In this document: positions 26,070 through 40,306 of the stretch, piece by piece | Layout of the letters: each line of letters begins with the position of its first letter | How positions within the stretch are numbered: position 1 is the stretch's first letter | Assembly: GCA_951406725.2 (NCBI GenBank) | Contig: OX597819.1 | Span: forward strand, 116,622,001-116,686,000 | Direction of reading: 5' to 3' | DNA from: Octopus vulgaris | Taxonomy: Eukaryota | DNA: 64,000 nt | The notes under the pieces: generated by a model | What the model was told of the DNA's origin: nothing | Seen by the model: the letters and a program-made list of their open reading frames with translations, nothing else | Database searches by the model: none | Made by a program: the position numbers and the translations under genes

Positions 26070-27400
26070 TTCTTCAAACGTTAAAAGAGGGAATAATCTG
26101 CCCTGTCCACAAAGGAGGAAGCAGAGCAGATGCTATAAACTACAGTCCTATCTCTTTGACCTCACACATCAGCAAGATCCTGGAACACATTGTCAGAAAA
26201 AGACAGAGCACGTTCCTATAAGAAAATGACTTGCTTACGGACACGCAACATGGTGGCCTAACGCAGCTACTACAGCACTTCGACTGGGGCCTAAATCAAC
26301 AGCTGAACCATTCAAATGTGGATGTGATATATCTCGACTTTGCCAAGGCCTTTGACAAACTCTATCATGGGATAATATGTCACAAATTGGGTGACCTCAG
26401 TATGGCTGGTAGACTGGGAGAGTTGCCACATGATTTTCTGAAGGGCAGAAGTCAGGCTATCACACCAGATGGTGCTCTCTCTGAAGTGACACCATTCTAC
26501 AGTGAAGTCCCCAAGGGAACAGCGCTTGGACTCATCCATAGAGTCATCCACAGTCAGCAGCTAGGCCGATGATACAAAAATATCGCAGGCGGTCAAGGAT
26601 CCTACTGACATCCTAGGACTACAGATGACCAGAACGCAATATATAAATGGGCTGATGAGAACGATATTCAGTTCAGTGGCTCAAAATTTCAAGCACTCCG
26701 CTATCAGCCAGCAAACAATGTAATTCGAGAGTTAGAGTCGGTGCGTGACCTTTCCATGTGTGCATTGCTCAGATAGCAACACTGTGCAGCCGAGTGGTAG
26801 GTTGGATCCTTAGCTCCTTCCGAACCAAGGACAGAGACACAATGCTTCCGTTTTGAAGAACCATTGTCCTCAGTCGCCTGGACTACTGCTCCCAAATGTG
26901 GTCCCCACAGAGTGTAAAACTAATTGCGGAACTAAAAACTATCTAACGCCACAGCACAAAGAAGATAGATTCAGTAAAAAACACATGGGCTACTGGGAGA
27001 GGTTGAAGGAACTGGATGAGACGTGAAAGATATACTGTTCTATACATATGGAACAGAATGGAGAGTCTACCTCGAAATTTTGGAATCGAAATCTACAACA
27101 ATCCCCGAACTGGACGGCACTGCACTACTGGTCACATTTTCTCTATTGAGGACATAAACCCACTATTGTAATAGCTTATGATTGAAGGGACCACAAATTT
27201 TTAATGTCCTACCATAGAACATGTGGGATCTGCAAAGTGTTTACAGGTAAGTCTTCAAAAAAACTTCTGGACAGTCTTTTATCTGCAATACTGGATGAAC
27301 CAACATCGCGGCAGGAGGCACAAAGAAGAGCGGCACCAGAAGCAACAATGTAAAAATCCCCAGATGCAGTAAAGACAGTGCACCAGCATGGCCTCACACT
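26070..27400 (+). mobile_element. Decayed CR1-group LINE, RT to 3' end
   Basis: GIICPVHKGGSRADAINYSPISLTSHISKILE..LTQLLQH..VDVIYLDFAKAFDKL..VPKGTALG..ADDTK..KGPQIFNVLP..LDEPT; many stops and frameshifts. Confidence 0.9.
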
Positions 27401-27597
27401 CTGGTTGAAATCCATAAAATATACACTCTGGCTGAAATCCATAAAATATACACACATATAAGTACGCACACACATATATATATGTAGGTTGGTAGACAGG
27501 CATGTATGCATGAATATATTGTTATATATGTATACATATATCTGCATGAGTATATAGTAATATACTATATATACCTACACACACACACACACACAGA

Positions 27598-27638
<41 letters not shown>

Positions 27639-28549
27639 AGACACGTATATGTAAGTCAGTTGGTCGGTAAGCAGGTAGGTAGATAGGTAGGTATCTACGT
27701 ACGTAGGTAAATAAGTAGGTATCTACGTACGTAGGTGAGGTGCACATACGTATGCACTGTGTACATGCGTATGAGGTGTACATACGTATGCGTATTTAAA
27801 TGTTATATAAATATCTTAGGAAACAGAAAGAGCGGGGAAGGGAAGAGAGAATGAGTTACACGTATGTATAAAGCAGAAGAGTGAGCTCAAGACAAAGGAA
27901 GCCTAATGATAATGTGTCAGTCAATGAGATGAGCGTGTATGTAATTAAATGCAATTGAAGATAAAAGCGTACACAGCCAAAGTCTCCAATGGCACCATTT
28001 AAACGCAACTTTTAACCAACTTCTTGTATTATACTGCAGTTATTTTGTCATTAATTCCATCGAATGTGCAGCCACGGTAGGCGAAATATATTCTGGCATG
28101 AAAAGCTCAAGAATCCATAGATCAAGCATTAACATTATCTATTCTAGATTCAAAGGGAATTTAGATCGGCTGAAACTTTAAATCCAGTGTGAATGCATAT
28201 TTATATATTGCAGATATCTTCTCAAAAGCTATTGGAAATCTGGTTAAATAAACGTCGCAATATACAACTTTAGCAACTTCGGCTTCTCTGTAGTTTAACA
28301 TAATCATTAACGTAAAATATTTAAAAAGAAGAAAGAAATAGTAAATGCTGAACCATCTTCATAGTTTGTATTGATTTCCAAATTTCATTCCTGCTAGGCT
28401 CACCAGCGGTTATTCAAATACGCATCATGCTCAAGTCTTTCTTAGAAGCCACTTTAAAGATGAATTCTTTCGTATGAAACACATCTGCGGTTCCGATAAA
28501 AATTGAAAGAAGAAAAAATAAATAAATAAATAAATATGAACCTTCTGTC

Positions 28550-28884
28550 CGGTATTCGCCATGATATATCGCTAGTCACTACACTTTCTTTATTTTCTCT
28601 CCTTGTTTCTTTCTGTGTTCCTTTCTGTGAAAGAGCGTAGGCTCGAAACGTTAAAGACTTTTTCCCTTCACGAACGTTATACTAATACACATGTTTGTTG
28701 TCTACACCACCTGTCTTCGCCCTTTGCTTTTTTGTGAATTCTCCCCCTATATATATGTCTCTTTCTATAGAAGAGCATATGCTCGAAACGTTAAAGACTT
28801 TTTCTATTCCTGAGCGTTATACTAATACATCTGTTTGTTGTCTACACCACCTGTCTTCGCCCCTTGCTTTTTTGTGAATTCTTT

Positions 28885-28890
<6 letters not shown>
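28550..28890 (+). mobile_element. Penelope pLTR-like tandem repeat (140-bp period), each unit with a degenerate hammerhead-like fold
   Basis: Units at 28621 and 28761: CUUU..GAGC-NNNN-GCUC GAAACGUU AAAG; each unit ends in (TA)n. Confidence 0.65.
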
Positions 28891-28950
<60 letters not shown>

Positions 28951-29753
28951 GTGTATATATGTATGTAGGCATATATGTATTTTGCGTATACATTGTATGT
29001 ATATCTATGACTGTAATAAAACTTCGCTATTCTTTTTTAAGGTGCAATAAGGTGTGCCTTGAGAAAAATGTACCACTTATTTGTAGTAGCTCGAAGTATC
29101 GTATTAATATTAATTCATTGACTCCCAATATTTAAACTTTTTATTGCTTACATTTTTCTCTATGTACCCCTGGTTGTATTAATAGAAAAATATTCCAATA
29201 ATCATCAGATGTCAATGAATACAAGAAGATGATTCTTATGCGATAAAGTGCGCTAGTTGTTAACTTGTAAATATTTTGATCACTCAACGATACCAAAGTA
29301 AATAAATCGGTGAGCGATAAATACAACCAATAAAAAAAAAGAACTTAAAAACAAGTAGATTAATTTTATGAGAGATATTATAGATTCACATCATACGCAG
29401 AATTAAGTTATGTTTATATCCCGGATGTATTTTTATAGATTTTTTACGTAACAGAGATAAGGAAAAAAATATTTAGAATATCGTATTTCAAATAATAACA
29501 TATTAAAGCAAATTACATGGGTGGAATAAAAGTTGGAAATGCGATAAAATTAATTTTGCAAAAAGGTCATCAATCAATCTGATACGGTTTTCCGAAAACT
29601 ATGAAATTCAATGTTTATATCATACATATTTACTTAGGTGCAGACTGTAAAATAAACTGTTTGATTTTTGACTGGGTGTGATTCTGTTTTGTTTACAGAA
29701 CATAAGCATCAGACTTAGGGCCAATATAATCATACGCACAAACGCACACAGAC

Positions 29754-29803
<50 letters not shown>

Positions 29804-29860
29804 ATATTTCGGAATGGTCATATTGCCAGTTTAGCCAATAAATCTTGCACAACAAATATT

Positions 29861-29947
<87 letters not shown>

Positions 29948-29949
29948 CA

Positions 29950-30157
29950 ATGGTCACTATGACATAGCAGTACTGCTTAAGACTATGTTACTACATTTTA
30001 ACCCCAGGAAAACATACACAGACAGATATACACACATACGTACACACACACACACACACACCTATATATATATATATATATATACACATACACATACAAA
30101 CATACATATATGTATCTGTGATGTTTATATATATATATACACAATATATATATATAT

Positions 30158-30202
<45 letters not shown>

Positions 30203-30367
30203 ATCACAGATACATATATGTATGTTTGTATTTGTATGTGTATATATATATACGTGTGTGTGTGTGTGTGTGTGTAAGTATGTGTGTATATGTGTGTGTG
30301 TAAGTTTTCCTGGGGTTAAAGTGTAGTAATATCGTCCTAAGCAGGACTTCCATGTCATAGTGACCAT
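29950..30367. repeat. Long inverted repeat with mirrored microsatellites around a (TA)n centre
   Basis: atggtcactatgacat..taaccccaggaaaac..tatgtatctgtgatgtttat vs ataaacatcacagatacata..gttttcctggggtta..atgtcatagtgaccat. Confidence 0.9.
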
Positions 30368-30454
30368 AAACTTTTATCATTCATTGCTGTTATTACATAG
30401 ATCTCACTCAGAGATATAAAACTAGTTCTTTCTCTCATATACATATATGTTCCA

Positions 30455-30742
30455 GTTGATCCGAGATGTGATCAACGGGAGAGTTCGCTCGTGAAATTAA
30501 CGTACAAATGACTGAGCACTCCACGGGTAGGCACACCTTTAAAGAGGATCTGAGGGTGATCCAGCGTGAGACAAAATGTAACAAGGCTGTATCTTTGCAT
30601 TATAGGTACAACTATGTTTTCCCAGCGGAGTGGAGTGCAGCAGCGTGAATTATGGATTCTTCCTTAAGGACTAATCGCGCCGCTAGGAATCGAACTCATG
30701 ACCTTACACTTTGGAGGTAAATACATTCATTAATCTACACGC
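30455..30742 (-). mobile_element. tRNA-derived SINE (family C), diverged
   Basis: Reverse B-box ggaatcgaactc at ~30686; CORE-like ccttaagga; body gctcgtgaaattaacgt..gagcactccac. Confidence 0.55.
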
Positions 30743-30760
30743 CTTCATTTATATATATGT

Positions 30761-30972
30761 AAAGCGGTGTGCTGGCAGAAGATTTAACACGCTGGGCGAA
30801 AAGCTTAGCAGTATGTCGTCTGTCTGCACGTTCTGAGATAAATTCCACCGAGTTCAACTTAGATTTTCATCCTTTCGAGGTCGATAAATTAAGTACCAGT
30901 TGCATATGTTGGTCGATCTTATCGACTGGCCCCCTACCCCCAAATTTCGGACCTTGTGCCTTAAGCAGAAAA
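30761..30972 (+). mobile_element. SINE family A monomer with normal tail
   Basis: Head aaagcggtgtgctggcagaa; Nin domain; tail ccccaaatttcggaccttgtgcc. Confidence 0.85.
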
Positions 30973-30987
30973 TGATATATATGTATT

Positions 30988-31375
<388 letters not shown>

Positions 31376-31599
31376 ATGTATGTATATATGTATATATATA
31401 TATATATGTATATATATGTATGTATGTATGTATATATGAATGTATATATATATATGTATGTATATATATGAATGTATATATATGTATGTATATATGAATG
31501 TATATATATATGTATGTATATGTATAGATATGTATGTATGTATTTATTTGTGTACGTATGTATGTAAGTATAATGCTCATATAAAAAAATTTACATCAA

Positions 31600-32380
31600 A
31601 CTAAAAAATCAAATCAAAATTGGTAGTGCCATGGGAAGAGAACATCGGCAATGCAGAGGAGCGAAAGGAGGAGAGGCATGAAAAACTAATCAATGAATGC
31701 AGATAACAGGGATGGAATGTTGAGTATTGTGGGGGATAGAGGCTTCAATGACAAAGAAAGATGACAACGCTATTCAAAAGATTTGCTTTTTCTAGCTCCG
31801 AGCTGCGAAAACCAATAAGGAGAGTACAGGAGGCGGTCGAAAAAGCCAGCTTCTAAATATGGCTGAAGCGGGAAGACCGAAAATGGCTTGAAAGTCATAA
31901 CATGCCGGCGCGAAATAACATCACTAGGTGAGACAAGCTGACACTGAATCAGCTTCGCTGACTGACAGGTGACGGTCGTTTAGAGAATACGTGGGCTAAG
32001 ACTACGCGCCTTCATTGCTCAGTTAAAGTTGAGACAGTGTCGCGTGACAACTTGCTGGGTCTGCCTGCTGGAGCCTAGCAGCGGGTATTTAAAGGGAAAA
32101 AAATTGACAAGTCAGTCAGTCGCCGCTGACACTCGTTGACGATACATCAAAGAGGCCAGGGAACAGAAGAAAGCAGAAGAAAGAAGACATGCACCGAACG
32201 CCAGAGCTGAAGACACCTCCGAAAGCGGGGGGTGGGGGGCTCGCCACGTCAAAACGGTTGAGGAGTAGGGGCCGAAACCGGACGTGGTTCTTCCCGATGA
32301 TGTCTTGAGCTAACAGGATCCAATAAAGGAGCTGTTGTGGTAGCTGACCACGAAATACGGTTGTAATTCTCCCTATATTT
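31600..32380 (+). mobile_element. HERO/R2-like RLE LINE 3' fragment plus 3' UTR
   Basis: LVVPWEENIGNAEERKEERHEKLINECR*QGWNVEY..RGF..AVEKASF*IWLKR; GC-richer UTR with aataaa at ~32322. Confidence 0.75.
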
Positions 32381-33299
32381 ATTACAAGTTGATTGTTAGA
32401 TTTTAAACATATGTGTGCGTAAATGCGCTCTTTCTCGCGCGTGCGTACAGTGTCAGTGAATTTCGACAAATCATATTAGATAAGTATAACTATTCTACTG
32501 TCTCCGATGTATGTTTAACTTCTCAAGGCTGCCAAACAGGCGTTTAAAATACGTTTTGCAACCTTGCCGTTCTATCGTAAACTGCACTACGGAAAATCGC
32601 GTTGTGGGATCCACGTTACTTACTCAAAGGGATTTCTGACACATTTTCCACACCGACCTTACAAAGAGAACATGAAAATGTAAAAAAATATTTCAGTCAT
32701 GCATTTTTGACTAAACTTACACATCAATTAAATACATGTTAAACCAATTACGTAATGTCCACTAGGCATATGGTATATTAATTTTTGTACGTCTGTTTTT
32801 AACAACGATGCTACTTTTGCAAGGGTCCCTACAGTTTCATTTTTTTCCATGTGTGTCTTTGCTTACATAATTGCTAACCAAATACCCTCAAAATTACAAA
32901 TAATACCTTTGGAGATGCATTTTTATAAACATGATAGCCATCCATTTCAAGAAGCAATATATTAATAAGATTACTTGAATGAGAGTCAATGTTCTCGCAA
33001 ACAATGGCAGCATCGAAAGTTTCATATCCTCAGCATTAAGTTTCTCAATAAATTCCTACTGTAATTATCTGAATCTCTGATAGGAAATCCAGGAACATAA
33101 TTCGCTTCATTCGTTAATACTTAACCACACAATGAAAATTTTATAACATAGATATTTACGATTTCCCCTGCTTCAGAGATATTAAATGTTTTTCTTCAGT
33201 ACTGGAGAGATGGTAGCGTCTATATCATTAGTGTTAGACACGACACTTTATGGATATATTATATGTAATTCTTTCTTTAAATTACTTGTTTCACTCTGC

Positions 33300-33750
33300 A
33301 GCGTAAATATCAGAAGATGGTGTTCTACCTGTATGTTCCTTGCATTTTTTATGACGGGAGACTGAAAAGCTCCTGGGTTTGGGTAAATATACAGTAGGAT
33401 CAGTTAATTGTGATTTTATTCAACATGTTCCCCTCTTCGATTCATACACTTATTGTAGCTGTCCTTCTGTTTTTTTAAGCTCTATAAAAGAATTCGGAAG
33501 GTTGTGCCTCCAACCAGGCCTTTTTGCAATACTTTTAAACCAGGGACTTTTCAGCACTCTTTCGTATGTTTGATCAAAGCAATAAAGAATAATCATAGTG
33601 GATTTGATTATAGTCTTTATCTTCTGTTTGCAAGTAGTTTCAACTAATATGTGTAAGGTGCGGTTCCTTCCCTGGCATGTGGCATTTTGCCAACATATTT
33701 ATTTACAAGTCGTTCTGTTACCATGAAATGTTTTTTATTGGATATTGTTT
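33300..33750 (-). mobile_element. Possible highly decayed RTE-type LINE fragment
   Basis: Weak resemblance of IRKSAEKS..YCKKAWLE..EEGNMLNK to the EN-RT linker; many stops. Confidence 0.3.
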
Positions 33751-35051
33751 GTTTATAGTACTGTTTTTAGTTTTAATAATGGTAGTATTAATTGCTGAAG
33801 CCATTATCAATTTCAGTTAATATTTCACCACCGTTATTAATTCCATCTGTAGCTAAACACTACATCAAAGCTGAAATAGAAATCTGGTATTGAATACAAA
33901 TATCTATTAATAATTTTTTCCATTCAATACATGTCACAAATTAGTTAAAGGATGCGTTAATGGCACGGAGTTTATAAAGGAAAAGCTATGTGCAATTGTA
34001 AAAAGAATCATTATAAGCATTTCCTGGCAGAGTAGTGAACTGTGAGATACAATGATGCATTTGATACCATGCAAAACTCCCGATGCTTCCAGTAACTTTG
34101 GACCAAAATGCAGCAAAGTTTGCGAAACTACTCGTATAAATTTTGTAACATGCTGAGAAATATACAGTGATTTCATCTTCTGTGTTCTATTCATCTTCAG
34201 GTGTTCTATTCTGCTATTTCCATTGACCTATGTCTGGTTAGGAATAAAATGTATTTCACATGATCATTTAAGTCATTAAAACCAATTCGCTACTTTCTAA
34301 AGATAAGAGAACATTAAAAGAAATTAGTTTATTATCTTTTCAGCAACTCTTAACATTGGGACATAAGTTGTGAGAAAAGCTGTCAGATAATTTCTTGAGG
34401 ACGTTTACCTTCTTATTTAATTAATATATTACCGTACATGGGATTTTTAGAAACACAGTAAAGCTCTAGGAATTTTTGAAACCGATACTCACGCATAGGC
34501 TGTTAGCAATCTCCAGTCATATTTCTATGTCGTAAAAACATCGAAGTATCCTACCCAAATTTATACCTTTATGATATAAATTTTCTTCTCAAACACTTTC
34601 TGTTGCTGCATTTTCCCTGAATATTCCGGAACATCAACATGAATATTTCTGGGGTAGAGTTGGGGGGTTATCCAGTTTCTTAAATTCTTCATCGTAATCT
34701 ATTACACAGGAGAATATGCAGTAGTATATTTTACAGCATTTGCAAGTTCGTGAGAAATGTTTACATTAAAAGCGATAGATCTACAATCCATTTACATTAG
34801 ACTTCCAATTAGTTTCCCCACGCTTCCTATTCTTTAACTTTTATTATAAAACCTGACTGCTTTATTCTAAATGAATATTTAACTTACAGGAGCTCTTATG
34901 AAATCGATGATAAAATAAGCACGCTTCACAAATAAAAGTTAAAGGGCGTCCATGTTTGCTTTGTTATTGCTGTATTGATGCGGCCAAGCCCCCTCCCGTT
35001 TGTATTCCTTTTTATCTTCATACTGCTTTTGCTGTTGATTCATTTATTCTA

Positions 35052-35647
35052 TTCTTTTCTACTCTAGGCACAATGCCCGACATTTTTAGGGATGGAACTA
35101 GTCGAATACATCACCCCGGTACGAGACAAGTAATTAATTTATCGACTCTGAATGCATGAACGGCAAAATCGACCTCGGCAGAATTCGAACTCAGAACTGC
35201 TAAGCATTTCTCCCTGCGTGCTAACCTTTCTTATTTCTTTATTGGCCGCAAGGGGCTAAACATAGAGGTGACAAATAAAGACAAACAAATGGATTAAGTG
35301 ATTTACATGGACCGCAGTGCGTAAATGGTACTCTATTTATCGACCCCGAAAGGATAAATGGCAAAGTCGACCTCGGAGGAATTTGAACTCAGAACACGTA
35401 GACAAACGAAATACCAATTTCTTTACTACCCACAAGGGGCTAAACACAGAGGGGACAAACAAGGACGACAAACGGATTAAGTCGATTATATCGACCCGAG
35501 TGCGTAACTGGTACTTAATTTATCGAACCCGAAAGGATGAAAGGCAAAGTCGACTTCGGCGGAATTTGAACTCAGAACGTAACGGCAGACGAAATACAGC
35601 TAAGCATTTCGCCCGGCGTGCTAACGTTTCTGCCAGCTCGCTGCCTT
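35052..35647 (-). mobile_element. SINE family A composite (two LINE-tailed units plus a normal-tailed unit)
   Basis: Three Nin bodies; flanking 14-bp repeat attcatttatt(c/t)ta at 35038-35051 and 35648-35661. Confidence 0.85.
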
Positions 35648-36272
35648 ATTCATTTATTTTAACATTAAGGAAAATCTGAAGAAAATTCTCCGACTATTAA
35701 ATATTTACGCATCTTAAATGATGCTTCATTTACAATATTCTTCATTTATTTCTTACTACTAATTGTATAAATAGACGTCGCTGCTTATGAATAATTAAAA
35801 CATTTCAGAATGACAAAGCCTGCCGTAGCACTGCGGGAGCAAATATAATCGTTGACATCTAAGCTATTTCCTTACTAAGATCGACTGCAGACGTAAATGA
35901 TGTGTATATTTTTAAATATCAATTTTGAAATATAAAGATGATACACAGAAACATGCTGTTTGCATTGGTTTTACAGTTGTCACTGTAGGAGGCGATTGTT
36001 TATGGCTGAAGTAATATTCAATTCGGTTAATAGTACTAGAGAAGACCACTCGCTGCTGTAACTAAATTGTTTTCAATATTTGAAATTTTCACATATCGTT
36101 GGTGAATTACTCGTTTAAGATGAAGAATATGCTCTTGGTGGAGTTTAGGCATGTATTTGTCCACACGGACACACACATGCATATATATATATATACACAT
36201 ATGCCCACAAACACACAACACGCACATATACATGGACACACACAAGCACACATGTGGATAGATATACATACC

Positions 36273-36323
<51 letters not shown>

Positions 36324-36331
<8 letters not shown>

Positions 36332-36500
36332 AATGAAGAAATGCTGACAAATATATATATAATTTATAGGTGAAAGTTTTTTATTGCGCATTTGTTATGC
36401 TTATCAAAACATATATTTTGATAAGCATAACAAATAAGAACTTTCATAATTAAATATTAAATTACTTCAATTATAGCATTTTCTTCATTTCCTTTTTATA
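36324..36500. repeat. Nested decayed inverted repeat between (TA)n tracts
   Basis: Perfect 20-bp core arms at 36390-36435; outer arms aaagaaatgaagaaatgct / agcattttcttcatttccttt. Confidence 0.75.
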
Positions 36501-36531
36501 TATCACCACTCGTGTTCGACATCTCCTTTTT

Positions 36532-36600
<69 letters not shown>

Positions 36601-36968
36601 TACGTTCAATCACAAAAGAAATACACGAAGAGTAGGATATCTGACTCGCTGGAAATAGCAGTTAAAACTCCAAGCCCCCAATTGTTGTAATTCCGCAAGT
36701 GATTGGAAAATAAAAACCTTTACCTTAATCCTAGACCTTGCAAGGTTTCTGCAGACATAAATACAGACTGAAATAAAATAACCTCAGCCTATATCTGGCG
36801 CTGCTTCTTCAGTAGTTTGCCAGGACTGAACACAGGCACGGAGCGATAAATAACCCGCCACGTGACTATAGGTTCTAATTTTTCGAATCTACCGCGCAGA
36901 AGTGGAACTCAACCAGCACTAAAAAATAAATTGCCGATTTTCTTCCAGAATTAGCCCAAAAAACATTT

Positions 36969-37077
36969 TATCATTAATTAAAATCTTAGGGTAGCAAGAA
37001 TATTCATCGAATATTCACCGGTAACTAAGAATTTTTCGATGAATATTCTTGCTACCCTAAGATTTTAATTACTGATA
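36969..37077. repeat. Inverted repeat, 43-bp arms, 1 mismatch
   Basis: 36969-37011 vs 37035-37077; right arm abuts (TA)n. Confidence 0.9.
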
Positions 37078-37102
37078 TATATATATAGACGTACGCATAC
37101 AT

Positions 37103-37354
37103 CTTCTTTTGTTCGTTAATTTGTTTGTCATTTGACTGTGGCCATGCTAGAGTACCACTTTTAGTCAAACAAATCAACCCCAGGACTTATTCTTTATTAG
37201 CCTAGTACTTATTATGTTGGTCTCTTTTGTCGAACCGCAATGTTACAGGAACGTAAACACACCAACATCTGTTATCAAGTGATAGTGGGGGAGAAACACA
37301 GATACACAAACATATACATATACATACATACACACACAAACACACACACACACG

Positions 37355-37411
<57 letters not shown>

Positions 37412-37555
37412 TCGGCGGGCTTCTTTCACTTCCCTCTACCAAATCCATTCACAAGGCTTTGGTCGGCCCGATGCATTCTACCATAGTAGAATACATATGA
37501 CCAAGATACCACGAAGTGGAACTGAGCCCGTAACTACTTACTACACAGCCACTCC
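37103..37555 (-). mobile_element. SINE family B
   Basis: Colinear with 62097-62531. Confidence 0.85.
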
Positions 37556-37589
37556 GGATATATATATTTATATATATATAAAACTGTGA

Positions 37590-37950
37590 TATGTTACGAC
37601 CAAAGATTGGTCCAGGCCATGTCTAACTTAATAGTACCACCTAAGAGGATTATCAAAGCCTTTTTAAGTCATGTTTTGTGGTATTATGGTCCTTTCAATT
37701 AGGGAGTTCTTGTTGAGTGAATTCTTTCCAGGTATGGGTGGCTTGTCTGGTATTACTTGAAGAAATATGTCCACACTCCATTTAAAGGTGATGGGATCAA
37801 TTTCCTCTCTGATCAGTTTTGCAAGAATGTTAATCAGGCAAGACCTGTTCAGGAAAAGAAATTGTGTCTCAGTGTACCTGTATGTTGTGATCATGAATTG
37901 GGAAAGGGTCATATGTCCCTTGGACCCAGCCTTGGATGAACCTTTAACCT
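37590..37950 (-). mobile_element. CR1-group LINE 3' end (second family)
   Basis: LINILAKLIREEIDPITFKWSVDIFLQVIPDKPPIPG; 3' UTR shared with 58458-58640. Confidence 0.75.
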
Positions 37951-38243
37951 AATGTTTATATACATATAATATTAGAAATATCACATTTCTAAATCTCCCA
38001 GACAGGCTTATTCAGCAGTGATGGCTTGTTGCCATCTTAATGTGGCAGTCCCAAGAAAGGGAAGAATACTACTGCTATTTAGCCCGATGAAACACCGTTT
38101 CCAATATATATATATATATATAAATGAAAGAATACAGTGATAAGCAGTTCCGGGTCCAGTTCTACTGCGTGGCATCATGGTCAGATGTATTCTACTATAG
38201 CCTCGAGCCGACGAAAGCCTTGTGAATGGATTTGGGGTCCATA

Positions 38244-38772
38244 TTTCCTTGTTCATGCCTGTATCTGCATCTCTTGTTTATTCTTGTGGATTCGAGGTTG
38301 CTCTTCCATGATTATTTGTTAACTGTCACTGATAATATAGTCTTGACCTTTATAACATGAAATTCTTCCCAAATACACAGGAGAATATCATAGAGGTCGT
38401 AAATGTGTCTGTTCAAATATTAAGGAGATAACTTTTTGTGAGTATGACAACGACCTCGAAACCACAAGAGTATACAAAAGAGGCAGAAACAAGGAAAATG
38501 CCCATTGCATTCGAATACTATACAAATATTCTTCTAAACAACTTTTCTTTTAATTTTTCCATAATTGAATTTTTTCCATACAAAGTCTCAATGACTGAAA
38601 CCGGTACTGAAATGTTTTTTATAAAAGAATTTTAGCATTTTCTACCTTGACATTTTTTCCATATATATCAACTCATGTACTCCTTTTCAACCTTCTACAT
38701 ATATACACACATACATACATACATACATTACATACGTACATACTTGCATACATACATACATACATACATACA

Positions 38773-38806
<34 letters not shown>

Positions 38807-39342
38807 GTGTGTGTGTAAATGTATATATACATACACAAAAACACACACATGCACACTCACACTTACATATGTGTGCGTGTGTGTAAGTGTATTTTATTTT
38901 TCGAATTTGTGTAAATGTGTATAGAGTAATAAATCAGTTGAATGATGTTTCATCACGGTCAGGTTTTCACGTTTTTTTATTAATGTATTTTCATAAAAAA
39001 GTATATATGTATGCTTCCTTTCCCAAATGTTGATATGTATTGTTATCTGCCCAAAATTAATATGTAACCCTGGGATGAAAATAGGTTGACTTTTGTTGAC
39101 CATTAAAAACAGAACACCTGGCGTATATGATTTGTGGTTTCTCTGTTCTAAAATAGTGCAACCGTCCATAACTACTTCAGTAAGATCAATTCTCTGCTAA
39201 GTTTTGTCATACACACAAAATGTTCTCTCTTTAATATTTGAACAGACACATTTACGGCTTCTTTGATATTCTCCCGTGTATTTAGAGAGGGATTTCATGT
39301 TATAAAGACCAAGACTATATTATCAGTGACAGCTAACAAATA
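38244..39342. repeat. Interleaved inverted repeats A-B-A'...B'
   Basis: A 38244-38299 / A' 38453-38498; B 38313-38451 / B' 39201-39342. Confidence 0.8.
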
Positions 39343-39877
39343 TAGAAGGGCAAATGTGTATCTGTGAGATAAAAGATGTTAGTATTTCCCATTGAATGTA
39401 CATCGACATAAATTTAGTATCGATATGCTTATTAAAAGACGGTGTTTTGTGAAACGGTGACTCAAATAGGGTTCTACTTTTGTTATTTACCCAAGTTAAA
39501 AATAAAACCGATATATTAGATTCCGTAAAACACTGGCAAAGATGAAAGATATTACCTGGATTTAGAATTCTGTTAAATGGGTACGACGTATGCTAATTAG
39601 CTGCGGGTTTAATGCATGGGACATGTGAACAATTATCAGCTCAAAATACATAGACCTTTGAAATACACAAACTATGTCTGATTTATCTTTTGCTTGTTTC
39701 AGCCATGCTGTCGTCGTGCTGCGGCGACTCCTTGTAATATTTAACTGAACTCATCGACACAGGTGATTATTTGTAAGTTAGGTCATTATTTTATAGGTGT
39801 CTTTAGCAGAACCAGAAAGTTAGACGGGTTTAAAATATTCACACCGGTTGTCTACTGGTGGGAGTCAGCCACACACA

Positions 39878-39967
<90 letters not shown>

Positions 39968-39989
39968 ATATATATATAGCTTTTGAATA

Positions 39990-40240
39990 TAGCTTTTTAG
40001 TATTCTCCCAAAGAGTCTGAGGAACTTGCACAAAGTAGATGTAGTAGTTTTTAAATCAAAGCTGGACCTCTTCCTGTCGAGAGTCCCAGATGAACCTACC
40101 TCACGGCAAGAGGTGCAAATGTGGGTAGCTATGTCAAACTCCAGTCTTCACCAAGTGCCACATATTAGAGAAGGCTTTTAGTAATAAAAGCGTAGCACAA
40201 AACGGCGGTGCATCAGCATGGCTGCATCTCTGAACTGAAA
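39990..40240 (+). mobile_element. CR1-group LINE 3' end (related to 26070-27400)
   Basis: FSILPKSLRNLHKVDVVVFKSKLDLFLSRVPDEPTSRQE. Confidence 0.8.
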
Positions 40241-40244
40241 CTAA

Positions 40245-40299
<55 letters not shown>

Positions 40300-40306
<7 letters not shown>

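Noticed and set aside
33930-34420. Possible Helitron Rep remnant on minus strand (EDEITVYFSACY)
   Set aside because: Too degenerate to support without a profile search.
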